Origin: Candidatus Latescibacterota bacterium
Lineage (GTDB): Bacteria; Latescibacterota; UBA2968
Reading direction: 5' to 3'
Assembly (NCBI GenBank): GCA_965205975.1
Contig: OZ242195.1
Location: 928,001-992,000 of the forward strand
Length of the DNA: 64,000 nucleotides
Position numbers and translations under genes: made by a program. The notes beneath the pieces are model-generated. The model was not told where the DNA came from, did not search any database, and worked only from the letters and a program-made list of their open reading frames with translations. This document shows, piece by piece, positions 17,676 through 27,008 of this stretch (positions are counted from its first letter, which is position 1; each line of letters opens with the position of its first letter).

Positions 17676-18350
17676 TCACAATAGCTCAATTGCCGCGTCG
17701 AGGCGGGAGAGTATGCGGTCGGCTGTGTCGTGATTTTGATGTGCGGTAAAGAAATTGGGTACGGCGAAGACGGTCATGCCAGCGGCTTTTCCAGATTGTA
17801 CGCCAGCCTCGCTGTCTTCAAATACGATACAGGTTTCGGGCTGGACATTGAGTTTTGCGGCGGTTTTGAGGTAGATTTCCGGGTCGGGTTTGGTGTGGGT
17901 GACGTCGCTGCCCGAAAAAATAGCGCCAAAGATGTCGTGGAGTGCGCTGGCATTTACGTGGGGCAAGACGCCGTTTTGAAGTGTGGCGCGCATGCGCTGG
18001 CGCGGTGTGGATGATGCAATGCCCAGTTTGTAGTGTTTGTTTTGAAGGTGTGATAGCAGGTCGAGAAAGCCAGGCATGAGGTCAATTTGATCGGGATCTG
18101 ATATTGCGGTTTCAAAGCGGGTCATCCACGCTTCGTGAAAGTCTTCGGGACGGATCGACAAGTCGTAGCGTTTGACGGCGTCTGCGCTGTTGTTTTCCAC
18201 GGGATGTCCAACACAGCGCACATAACCTTCGCGCGGTATGTCAATTCCCAGTTCGTTGAGGGTCTGGTTATAGGTGTTGTAATAAATATTTTCCGTATCG
18301 ACAATCAGGCCGTCCATATCAAATATGACGGCCTGGTATGGTTTATGCAT
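17676..18350 (-). CDS. HAD family phosphatase (beta-PGM-like)
   Basis: IFDMDGLIVDTE, ASS, KPDPEIY, VFEDS. Confidence 0.92.
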   Translation of the reverse strand: MHKPYQAVIFDMDGLIVDTENIYYNTYNQTLNELGIDIPREGYVRCVGHPVENNSADAVKRYDLSIRPEDFHEAWMTRFETAISDPDQIDLMPGFLDLLSHLQNKHYKLGIASSTPRQRMRATLQNGVLPHVNASALHDIFGAIFSGSDVTHTKPDPEIYLKTAAKLNVQPETCIVFEDSEAGVQSGKAAGMTVFAVPNFFTAHQNHDTADRILSRLDAAIELL

Positions 18351-18359
18351 AGTTTTATC

Positions 18360-19673
18360 CTACAAGCTCAAGGTGAGAAGTGAGTCTTCTTGGAGTTTAT
18401 GGAAATCGGAAAAATCCCGTGCAGCGCGGATGTGTTGCGGCGTCAGATCCGGAAAATCAACTAACAGTTCATCCTCAGTCATCCCTCCAGCCAGGTATTC
18501 CAATACGTCATATACGGTAATTCGGGTGCCTTTGAAGCATGGCTTGCCACTACGGACAAAAGGTCGAGGCTCAATGTAGTCTTCAAAGCTCATTTTGCGA
18601 TACTTTGCAGTACTTTCTTTTATCCAATTCCTGTCTTCCGTTCGTGTAATTTTAATGTAATCTTCAAAGCTCATTTTGCGATACTTTGCAGCATCGCGCA
18701 TGATGCGATACCTTGCAGCATTCTCTTCTGGACGATTCCTGTCTTTAGAATGTGCGGCTTTATTGCGTCCGTACTCGCGTATCCTTTGGGAGAAACCAGC
18801 GGCATCCGCGAGGGCGATCCACTTTTTGTCATTGGTAGCCAAGACGTAGTCATCATCAGTCGCGTAAAGAAAAAAATCAATATCCCCACTATCGTTTTTT
18901 TCGGGCAAAAGCCCTTCCGTCATGAGGCGGATCAAATATTGCGTGTATATGTGGGAGTAGCACTCTATCCTGGTAATGGCATCGGTTAATTTATTTACTT
19001 TTTCTTTGGTAATTACACGGAGATCATTATTATCTGCCTTAAATAAAGCACGCATCTGGCAAGCAGATATAACCTGGGAAAACCATTCTCTCGACTTCAT
19101 TCCATAGAAGAACTTTTTTTTCCCTTCGCCGCGTAGTTTCGGCATAGACGAAGGTCGCTTTTTCGGATCTTTTGAGTACCACTCTTGAAACCCCGGGATG
19201 TTCTCCTGCATCAAGGAGATAAGAGAATCTACCCACTCTTGCTCGCCCCTCTCGCGCCATGTCGCTGTAAACGGTACATCCAGGCTCCATCGGTCACGAA
19301 GTTCGTAGTCCGGTACGCCTCTGCGAACTTCCTCAAGGCTCTGACCTGTGGTCAGAGCGTGGACAGCGTCGGAATATGAGGATGGCGGTTCCGCCAACTT
19401 GTAACCAAATACCATAGCCAGATGCGACTCGGGATCCGGAAGTTCGTCTATCCGGTGCTTGAGAATGACATTAGCCGCTGCCTTTCGATCTTCATAAGAC
19501 CTGTCATTGAGTTTAGATACCAACTCAATGATTGAGATGGGAGAGTAGCAGAGGTGCTCTCCAGGTTGTCTGACATCCTCAATGCGGATGCGATTCAGTC
19601 CTATGTCGTAAAGCACATTCGTATCAAGAATCACTATCTTGGCCGTATTGTGCTCCTTTTTGTTCCCCATCAC
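18360..19673 (-). CDS. PIN-like domain fused to C-terminal DUF433
   Basis: ILDTNVLYD, DSGDIDF...VLATNDK, then SGKPCFKGTRITVYDVLEYLAGGMTEDELLVDFPDLT. Confidence 0.75.
   Translation of the reverse strand: MMGNKKEHNTAKIVILDTNVLYDIGLNRIRIEDVRQPGEHLCYSPISIIELVSKLNDRSYEDRKAAANVILKHRIDELPDPESHLAMVFGYKLAEPPSSYSDAVHALTTGQSLEEVRRGVPDYELRDRWSLDVPFTATWRERGEQEWVDSLISLMQENIPGFQEWYSKDPKKRPSSMPKLRGEGKKKFFYGMKSREWFSQVISACQMRALFKADNNDLRVITKEKVNKLTDAITRIECYSHIYTQYLIRLMTEGLLPEKNDSGDIDFFLYATDDDYVLATNDKKWIALADAAGFSQRIREYGRNKAAHSKDRNRPEENAARYRIMRDAAKYRKMSFEDYIKITRTEDRNWIKESTAKYRKMSFEDYIEPRPFVRSGKPCFKGTRITVYDVLEYLAGGMTEDELLVDFPDLTPQHIRAARDFSDFHKLQEDSLLTLSL
18573..18691. repeat. 38-bp direct repeat, 81-bp period (AKYRKMSFEDYI x2)
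   Basis: 18573-18610 vs 18654-18691, one mismatch. Confidence 0.9.
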
Positions 19674-19836
19674 GGCGCAGATTTTTGTGAGGAGAGACAG
19701 TGCTTACTACGCGACTGCGATCTTGTATTTCAGCGGCTTTATAGCGGGCCACCAATTGGTTAAGATCGCCGCCGCACTCTTCCAGGAGTTTCTGCCTTAT
19801 CTGGTGTATTTCTTCAACAATGGGATCGCGTTTCAT
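19624..19836 (-). CDS. Small putative antitoxin (RDPIVEEI type)
   Basis: MKRDPIVEEIHQIR, paralogous to 23424..23612. Confidence 0.65.
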   Translation of the reverse strand: MKRDPIVEEIHQIRQKLLEECGGDLNQLVARYKAAEIQDRSRVVSTVSPHKNLRRDGEQKGAQYGQDSDS

Positions 19837-19853
19837 AGTTTTCTTCTTTTGAT

Positions 19854-19925
19854 CTACTCAGGTGGATAAATTTGAAAATGAAATCTGAGCCGAGTGGGTA
19901 TATCCTCGTCAAGTAGTATTCGCAC
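19854..19925 (-). pseudogene. Truncated DUF5615 PIN-like toxin N-terminus
   Basis: GTG-RILLDEDIPTRLRFHF then stop after 23 codons, overlapping the DUF433 gene end. Confidence 0.6.
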
Positions 19926-20157
19926 TATGTGTTCCCAGATGATCCAGAGCCTTGGATGAGACTTCGAGATAGGATTCGACCTGCCAACGTGTGACAGTGG
20001 GAAAATCCTTTAGAAATTCTCCAATGTCATAACCTCCTTTGAGATAATCCACGAGTGTATCAACAGGTACCCGAGTGCCCGAAAATACCAGATCTCCACT
20101 GTGAATTTCAGGATCACGCGAGACAACGCGCCCCATTTCAACCGTATTGTATTTCAT
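19909..20157 (-). CDS. DUF433 domain protein
   Basis: DPEIHSGDLVFSGTRVPV...FLKDFPTV. Confidence 0.88.
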   Translation of the reverse strand: MKYNTVEMGRVVSRDPEIHSGDLVFSGTRVPVDTLVDYLKGGYDIGEFLKDFPTVTRWQVESYLEVSSKALDHLGTHSANTT

Positions 20158-20191
20158 TTTCGGTCTCCTTCTGTTGCTTCGCATCTTACCG

Positions 20192-23100
20192 TCATTCAGT
20201 CGGGATTGTCACCAGATTTTTCTCCGTATCATTATACAATATATCAAGTTCTTGCTGAATCTCAAGGGTGATACCAATAGCCGTTACCATTCGGCAATAG
20301 GTACGGATGTCGTGGAGTTCGAGACGACGGTCTTTGCGGTCTTTTAGCCATTTGTCGCAGACTTGATAGCCGCCGATTCGATATTCGTAAACGTCTGGAG
20401 AGATGGGGCCGAAATAGTGCGTTTTGTTGATATACATGCGGCATTCATCTGGGGCATAGTAAAAGCCCTGTGTTTTTGTCCGTGCGACCATTGCGTCGCC
20501 TTCGCCCTCGAAGCGGCAGACAGGCGGATCGAGTTCTGGGGATGTGAGGAGATGGAGGTCGGATAGTCGTTTGCCGAGCGATGCTACTTTGATGAACAAG
20601 GATTTGTCCGCTGTGAATGGGACGCGCGGGAAGTCGCTTCGCAAAAACTCTGCGTATTTCTCGCGGTAGGTCGGGGCATGGAGAATGGCGTAGATGTAAT
20701 GGAAAATCGCCTCGGGCGATGGCTCGCTACCATGCGCGTTCTCCAGTGCTGCAAACAGATTCGGATTGAGGTTCGGTTGTCGCTCTGTTGGTTCGAGTTG
20801 CGCGAAGAGGTCATCGCGGTCAGCGGTGGGGTAGAGGTAGAGAGGACAGATATAGCCGCGCTCTCGGGTTTTGTTCGAGACATAACAATCATTAGCAATA
20901 CCGTTTGTAACCAAGCAATGCTGCCAGGTTTCACTGACAATTTGCCGACAAACCAGAAGTGCCTGATTCTCTCCAGCAAGCATGTGTTGCATAACTTCCG
21001 AGCGAGGGCGGCAGATAAAACCCCGTGACCGGCCCGTGTAATACGTGTGGCGCGTGTCAAAGGGTCGATATGATACCGGGACAATCATTTCAAGTGAAGG
21101 ACCAGAGTTCAGTAAGTCCTTTTGCGCCCATTCAACCTTCCAATCTTGTGCATCTTTGCCGAGTTCGTACGCCTGTCGCGCCAATTCCTCATCCATTTGC
21201 GAAAACGCACGTACGAGGTCCCACGCTTCTTGCTCTGACCAGCGAATTGTCAGGCGGTCACGTGCGGTGACAATCCCGACACTGTTGATTGGGAATATAT
21301 CGGAAACAGAAGGGAACCGGCGATACTCGGCTTCGCGTGCGTCGTCGCGGGGGATGAACATATAGAATGGCGAGCGCGGGGTTATTTTTTGCCATTCTGT
21401 GCCGCCGAGGTCATGATCGTCCAAATAGTCATACTTGCTTTCGCGTGTGCCGTAGCGTTCGGCGTAATGTATGATTGCATCGCGCTTTTTCTTTTTGCCG
21501 CGCTTGACGAAAAAAGCGATTGCCACACCTTGACGGATATCGAAGACGTTTTTATCGGGGCTGCCGTCCGGAGCCGTCTCTTTTTTCAACGAATTGCCGT
21601 GCAGGTCGAGGATATAGATGTCGTCGAAGGTGTGCATCAGGCTTTGGCGCATGCCTCGAAAGGTGGGGTTGTCGAGGTAGCTGTGGTTGGTGATCATGCC
21701 GACGACGCCCCGCCCGGCTTGCTCAATTTTCCATTGGGCAAAACGGAGGAATTTAACGTAGTCGTCTTGAAGCCATTTCGGATTTTTCTCACCCAATGGC
21801 TCGCCATCTACCTGTTTGTACCCGCCGATCAATTCGCCTTCCACCATCTTGCCATCAATCAATTCTCGTATCCAAGTGCCGGTGTTGCTCGAATGCCCCG
21901 AATAGGGTGGATTGCCCTGGATGAGGAGGATCGGGGTTTGCTTTTTGACTGCGCCAGCCAGACGCGATTCTTCTGCCAGCGCGGAGAGGCCGGGCAATCG
22001 GCTCTGTTCCAGTTCCTCTGTGTCGAGGGTGTTGGTGAGGTAGAAGGGCACGCGCTCGTTGTCGTCAAGGCGGTGGCCGAGTTCTTCGAGGAAAAAGCTC
22101 ATTTTGAGATGGCCGACGGCATAAGGCGCCATCATGAGTTCGAGTGCGTAGAAATTTTTAAGAATATGGGAGCGGATGAAGTCTGTGCGTCCGCCGCTGC
22201 CGTACTTGGCCTCGAACTCGGCGACAGCTTCTTGGGCTGCCTGAGCCACAAAGGTCATGGTGCCGGCTGCGGGATCAAGCAGGGTGACGCCATCGGAGGC
22301 GAGGCCATCGCGCTTGTCAAATTCCGTCTTGAGGAGGCCGTGCAGGGATCGCACGATGTAGCCCACCACGGGTTCGGGCGTGTAATAAACCCCCCGTCGT
22401 TCGCGCTCGTCGGGATCGTATTGCGCCAAGAAGGTCTCGTAGAAATGCACGATGGGGTCGTTACCCTTGCCTTTGCGGTAGTAGCGTTCAAGAATACCGG
22501 GCGCGTCGGCCACGGCCAAAACTTCGGCGAGGTCATCTACGCACCAGGCGAGTTGATCGGGCAAGTCGTCAAGCGAGATGTAGCGAAACAGATCCCGCAA
22601 GACGCCGATGGTATGCGGGATATTATCAAACGCCACGCGCCGATTGAAGCCATCGCCAGATCGGGTACGTGCGGCGAACAGGCCGTAGGTGATGGTTTGT
22701 GCGAATAGATCGGCGAAGTCTTCGGGTGTCAGCGATCCGATGAGGTAGGTTTGGAAGGCTTCAAAGAAACCGGCGATTCTGCTGTCCTGTTCATCGCTCA
22801 ATTGCTCGCCGATTACATCGCGGAGGAGGCGTGTACGTTTTGCCAGTTCAACGGCGAGGGATTCGGCGGTAAATGTTTGGGGGAGTGCGAATTCCAGGAA
22901 TCGGTTCAGGAGGGCGTAGAGGTCATTTTGATTTTCAAGTGGTGGCGTTGTACCCAGTTTGTTGAGCACGATGGGACGGCCAGATAGGACGGTCTCGACG
23001 CGTTCGCCATTTCGGTACAGGCGAAATTCGAGGAAGTTGGTGAGGATGAGATTCGGAAAGGTTTCGCGGTAGCGTTTGAGTTGTTCGGTATTTTCGATAC

Positions 23101-23392
23101 GATCCAGGCGATCTTCGGTGGGATTCTTGGCTTCGATGTAGCCGATGATGCGGTCTGTTCCATTCCAGAGTCGGAAATCTGGATTCCCGCCCTCGGTGGG
23201 TCTTGGAAGCGTGGTGACGTGTACCTGGGACCGCTCAGTGACTTGGGCCATTTCCTTCAGCATATCTGCCAGTGCGGGATAAAAACTCTCCTCCCGCGCA
23301 TCGCCTTGTTGGGCTACAGCAGTTAGGTTTTTCAGATACCTTGAGAAGCATGTGCTGGCGCGGTGTACGTCAGTGATGGTCTTTTTGCTCAC
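20192..23392 (-). CDS. Type IIG/ISP-like single-polypeptide restriction-modification enzyme (nuclease + m6A MTase + TRD)
   Basis: GNPDF...GYIEAK, GVYYTP, LDPAAGT, GNPPY, YRPFD, YRIGGYQVCDKWLKDRK. Confidence 0.92.
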   Translation of the reverse strand: MSKKTITDVHRASTCFSRYLKNLTAVAQQGDAREESFYPALADMLKEMAQVTERSQVHVTTLPRPTEGGNPDFRLWNGTDRIIGYIEAKNPTEDRLDRIENTEQLKRYRETFPNLILTNFLEFRLYRNGERVETVLSGRPIVLNKLGTTPPLENQNDLYALLNRFLEFALPQTFTAESLAVELAKRTRLLRDVIGEQLSDEQDSRIAGFFEAFQTYLIGSLTPEDFADLFAQTITYGLFAARTRSGDGFNRRVAFDNIPHTIGVLRDLFRYISLDDLPDQLAWCVDDLAEVLAVADAPGILERYYRKGKGNDPIVHFYETFLAQYDPDERERRGVYYTPEPVVGYIVRSLHGLLKTEFDKRDGLASDGVTLLDPAAGTMTFVAQAAQEAVAEFEAKYGSGGRTDFIRSHILKNFYALELMMAPYAVGHLKMSFFLEELGHRLDDNERVPFYLTNTLDTEELEQSRLPGLSALAEESRLAGAVKKQTPILLIQGNPPYSGHSSNTGTWIRELIDGKMVEGELIGGYKQVDGEPLGEKNPKWLQDDYVKFLRFAQWKIEQAGRGVVGMITNHSYLDNPTFRGMRQSLMHTFDDIYILDLHGNSLKKETAPDGSPDKNVFDIRQGVAIAFFVKRGKKKKRDAIIHYAERYGTRESKYDYLDDHDLGGTEWQKITPRSPFYMFIPRDDAREAEYRRFPSVSDIFPINSVGIVTARDRLTIRWSEQEAWDLVRAFSQMDEELARQAYELGKDAQDWKVEWAQKDLLNSGPSLEMIVPVSYRPFDTRHTYYTGRSRGFICRPRSEVMQHMLAGENQALLVCRQIVSETWQHCLVTNGIANDCYVSNKTRERGYICPLYLYPTADRDDLFAQLEPTERQPNLNPNLFAALENAHGSEPSPEAIFHYIYAILHAPTYREKYAEFLRSDFPRVPFTADKSLFIKVASLGKRLSDLHLLTSPELDPPVCRFEGEGDAMVARTKTQGFYYAPDECRMYINKTHYFGPISPDVYEYRIGGYQVCDKWLKDRKDRRLELHDIRTYCRMVTAIGITLEIQQELDILYNDTEKNLVTIPTE

Positions 23393-23423
23393 GGAACGAT
23401 CCTGTTGTCACCCGATACGGCGA

Positions 23424-23612
23424 TTACCTGGTGAGACTATCCGGTTTCGTAGCTGTTGTGACAGAACGCGGTGGCAACGAAACAATTTTGTGACCACTTT
23501 TTTTTTGTTGCTCGCGGGCGGCGCGGCAGATCGCTTTGATGTCGTGATGAAACCTCGCTGCATACACCTGGCGATTGCGGCGAATTTCTTCAACAATGGA
23601 ATCACGCCACAT
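23424..23612 (-). CDS. Small putative antitoxin (RDSIVEEIR type)
   Basis: MWRDSIVEEIRRNR directly after the PIN gene, GGAGG RBS. Confidence 0.65.
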   Translation of the reverse strand: MWRDSIVEEIRRNRQVYAARFHHDIKAICRAAREQQKKSGHKIVSLPPRSVTTATKPDSLTR

Positions 23613-23614
23613 GA

Positions 23615-24082
23615 TTATACCTCCATGAGTTCTTGGGGTGTACAGATTGTTGGCGGTTCGTAACCAAAGGTGCGGCAAATTGTCTCGATTTGAGGACGCA
23701 GTATAGCGTTGGCTATATGCGTACAATTCCAGGTTAGCAGGTAGGCCATGCTGTGAACAGTTGCAATCGCAATGTGTAAGGCATCGACTTGGGCCTTCTG
23801 GGGTAGAGGTACTTGCTGGACTAATACCTCAGCGAAATTCTCAACGGTTCCTGTGACATCAAGTTGTCGGATATCAGCGATCATCTCCAGACGCTCTTTA
23901 ACAGCACTCTCATCTCCTACCTTGCATTCGTCAATGACAAATTGCGAAATGAATATATCAAAACTTTCTCGATGTTCGTTCCACCAATCGTGGGTTAATC
24001 GTTGGTTCGCCGCTGTAATTAAATCACGGCTCGGCCGCGATGCGAGATAACCGATGATGCTGGTTTCGATATAAACTGTCAT
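23615..24082 (-). CDS. PIN domain (VapC-like) toxin
   Basis: VYIETSIIGYL, DALHIAIA, YLLTWNCTHIAN, ICTPQEL. Confidence 0.88.
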   Translation of the reverse strand: MTVYIETSIIGYLASRPSRDLITAANQRLTHDWWNEHRESFDIFISQFVIDECKVGDESAVKERLEMIADIRQLDVTGTVENFAEVLVQQVPLPQKAQVDALHIAIATVHSMAYLLTWNCTHIANAILRPQIETICRTFGYEPPTICTPQELMEV

Positions 24083-24135
24083 AGGACGACCGCCATACGA
24101 ATCGCCATTATCAAGAAGCATTTCGACTACTTATG

Positions 24136-26061
24136 TCAATATTCAACAGCTTCTCGCGCGACGACGCGCTGGGCAGTGGCTGCGATTGCTTCGGGTGAGA
24201 TGCCCGCTTCGTCGCGTAGCGCGCCCTGTGAGCCGTGTTGGAAAAAGCGATCGGGTATGCCGAGGGTGTGTACGCGCTGGCCCTCTCGCATCTGGTCGCT
24301 CAAATAACGCGTAACGCCTGATCCGAATCCGCCTTCGATGGTATTTTCTTCAACGGTGATCAGTATCTGATAGCGGTCGGCCAGATCGTCGAGCATTTCC
24401 AGATCCATGGGTTTGACAAATCGGCAATTGATCACAGCGGCAGAAATGCCAGCTTCCATGAGTTTTTCTCGCGCCTGGCATGCGTGATCTACCATTGTGC
24501 CCACTGCGAGGAAAACCAGATCCTCACCATCGGCCAATGCTTCCCAGGAACCGATTTTCAAGACTTCGGGATCGCGCCCTGTAAGCGGGGTGTGTACATT
24601 GCCGCGGGGATACCGAATGGCAAAGGGGTTATCGACTTGCTGCACTGCCGTGTATAACAAATCGCGCAATTCATCGCCGTCTTTTGGCGCGCTTACGATC
24701 ATATTGGGCACACAGGTCAGGTAGGACAGATCAAAATCGCCGTGATGCGTGGGACCATCTGCACCCACCAGCCCGGCGCGGTCCATACAGAAAATTACCG
24801 GTGCCGATTGCAGGGCGACATCGTGGATGATCTGGTCGTAAGCCCGTTGCAAGAATGTGGAATAAATCGCTGCGACGGGGCGCATGCCCTCGAGTGCCAT
24901 TCCAGTTGAAAATGTTACGGCGTGCTGTTCGGCAATGCCCACATCAAAAAAGCGGTCGGGATGCGCTTCGGAAAAAATATCCAGACTCGTACCTTCGGAC
25001 ATCGCGGCTGTTACGCCTACAATGCGGCTGTCATTATTGGCAAGCTCAATCATCGCTTCGCCAAAAACCGTCTGATATTTGGGCAGTGGGGTTTTGGGCG
25101 ATGGCGGGCTGATTGAATGATACTTTATTGAATCGACACCATACGGGTCTTCCTCTTCTTCTTGAATTGCGCCCTTGCCCTTGATGGTGTGGACATGCAA
25201 TAGCACAGGTCCCTTCAAGTCCCGCACATTTTTCAGGGTTTTTACCATCTCTTCCAAATTATTGCCATCCAGAGGTCCCAGGTACAGAAATCCCAGTTCC
25301 TCAAAAAGAATGCCTGGTACCAGCAGGCCCTTTAAACCCTCTTCGAATCCACTCAGTGCATGGCGCAAATTTGTGCCGACAACGGGAATGCGCCCGGCTA
25401 AATTCCAGACTTCTCTTTTAATTTTTTTGTAAAGTGGATCGTTTGTAATGCGGTCTCTAACGCGATTGTAAATCGGATCGGTAATAATGCGTGTCAAATA
25501 ATGCGAAATAGCACCGACATTGGGCGAGATTGACATGCGATTGTCATTGAGAATGACCAGCAAATCGCGGTTGGATGCACCGGCATTGTTCAATCCCTCA
25601 AGAGCAATGCCGCTGGTCATGGCACCATCGCCAATAACGGCGACTACTTTGTGTTTTTCGCCCATTAAATCGCGCTGTGTCGCAAATCCCAATGCTGCAG
25701 AAATTGATGTGCCCGCATGGCCTACGGCAAATGTGTCGTACGGGCTTTCTGATCGCATCGGGAACCCGCTGATGCCGCCCGGCTGACGAATGGTTTTGAG
25801 TGCTTCGCGCCGCCCGGTAAGCACTTTGTGCCCATAAGCTTGATGCCCGACATCCCACACTATTTTGTCCTGAGGCGTGTTGTATAGATGGTGCAAAGCC
25901 ACCGTCAATTCCGTCGCCCCCAGGCTGGAACCAAAATGTCCACCAATCTCTGTCACCACGTCAATGATATATTGCCGCAATTCCGCACAGACCTGTTGCA
26001 ATTCTTCTATTGACAGGGACTTTAAGTCGTCAGGTGAATTGATTGTTTCGAGAAGGGACAT
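24136..26061 (-). CDS. dxs: 1-deoxy-D-xylulose-5-phosphate synthase
   Basis: GGHFGSSLG, WDVGHQAY, GDGAMT, DVGIAEQHAV, DGPTHHG. Confidence 0.98.
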   Translation of the reverse strand: MSLLETINSPDDLKSLSIEELQQVCAELRQYIIDVVTEIGGHFGSSLGATELTVALHHLYNTPQDKIVWDVGHQAYGHKVLTGRREALKTIRQPGGISGFPMRSESPYDTFAVGHAGTSISAALGFATQRDLMGEKHKVVAVIGDGAMTSGIALEGLNNAGASNRDLLVILNDNRMSISPNVGAISHYLTRIITDPIYNRVRDRITNDPLYKKIKREVWNLAGRIPVVGTNLRHALSGFEEGLKGLLVPGILFEELGFLYLGPLDGNNLEEMVKTLKNVRDLKGPVLLHVHTIKGKGAIQEEEEDPYGVDSIKYHSISPPSPKTPLPKYQTVFGEAMIELANNDSRIVGVTAAMSEGTSLDIFSEAHPDRFFDVGIAEQHAVTFSTGMALEGMRPVAAIYSTFLQRAYDQIIHDVALQSAPVIFCMDRAGLVGADGPTHHGDFDLSYLTCVPNMIVSAPKDGDELRDLLYTAVQQVDNPFAIRYPRGNVHTPLTGRDPEVLKIGSWEALADGEDLVFLAVGTMVDHACQAREKLMEAGISAAVINCRFVKPMDLEMLDDLADRYQILITVEENTIEGGFGSGVTRYLSDQMREGQRVHTLGIPDRFFQHGSQGALRDEAGISPEAIAATAQRVVAREAVEY

Positions 26062-26166
26062 GATGTCTCTCCTTGTGACAGGGTCAGAAATGCTATCCGA
26101 AACATATGTTTAATATAAGCAACACCTGAAAAATCACAAAGTTCTAAAAAATAAACCATAAACACA

Positions 26167-26203
26167 AAATCGGGCCTGCCGAGTTAGTCGATATGCCCGA
26201 TTT
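26167..26203 (-). terminator. Putative terminator hairpin after the SDR gene
   Basis: aaatcgggc ... gcccgattt, 9-bp stem followed by T-rich sequence on the minus strand. Confidence 0.5.
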
Positions 26204-26217
26204 CATTGTGCGATGGC

Positions 26218-26997
26218 TCAAAAAGCCGTGGGTCTTCCCTGCGCGCCGTCAACGGGAATGGACGCGCCGTTGATCCAACTCGCGCGGTCAGATGAGAGAA
26301 ATACGACGACATCGGCGACTTCGAAGTCCGTGCCGAGTCGCTGTGCGGGAAATTCGCGCGTGCGGAATATTTCGTATTCTTCCGGTGTTTCGTTTTGGAA
26401 TCGCTCCCAACCGCCACCGGGAAAAAGGAGTGAGCCCGGGCAGACGGTGTTGGCGCGGATGTTGTGGGCTGCCAATTCCCACGCGAGTGCGCCCGCGAGA
26501 AATATTTCACCCGCTTTGGTTGCGCCGTATTGCGCGCCCCGGTTTGCGGGTTTCCAACCAGAGATGGAAGAGATGGTGACAATACTGCCGCCATTTCTTT
26601 TTGTCATGTGGGGAACAGCCACGCGGCTGGCGCGAACCGCGTGAAAAAGGTTGAGGTCAAAGGTTTGTTGCCAGTCGGCGTCTGTGGAAGTGAGCAGTTC
26701 GCGCGATCCGGCTGTGCCGCCCACATTGTTGACGAGGATATCAACACCGCCGAGTTCATCTGCGGCTGCATTGACAAATCGTTCGGTTTCGCCGGGTTCG
26801 GCTACATCGAGCGCGAGTCCGAATGCCTTGACGTCGTGTGCGCGAATTTCTTCGAGTGTTTTGTCTATGCCCGCTTGCCCGCGCGCGCACAAGGCGACGT
26901 TGCAACCTTCTGCGGCAAATCGCAATGCGGTTGCGCGGCCAATGCCGCGACTGCCCCCGGTGAGGAGAGCGACTTTATTGGTGAGATTGAGGTCCAT
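26218..26997 (-). CDS. SDR family oxidoreductase
   Basis: TGGSRGIG, LVNNVG, YGATK, VDG. Confidence 0.95.
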   Translation of the reverse strand: MDLNLTNKVALLTGGSRGIGRATALRFAAEGCNVALCARGQAGIDKTLEEIRAHDVKAFGLALDVAEPGETERFVNAAADELGGVDILVNNVGGTAGSRELLTSTDADWQQTFDLNLFHAVRASRVAVPHMTKRNGGSIVTISSISGWKPANRGAQYGATKAGEIFLAGALAWELAAHNIRANTVCPGSLLFPGGGWERFQNETPEEYEIFRTREFPAQRLGTDFEVADVVVFLSSDRASWINGASIPVDGAQGRPTAF

Positions 26998-27008
26998 GAT
27001 CAGTTCCT

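Noticed and set aside
21389..22708. 439-aa plus-strand ORF
   Set aside because: Antisense shadow of the GC-rich type IIG RM gene, with no recognisable motifs.
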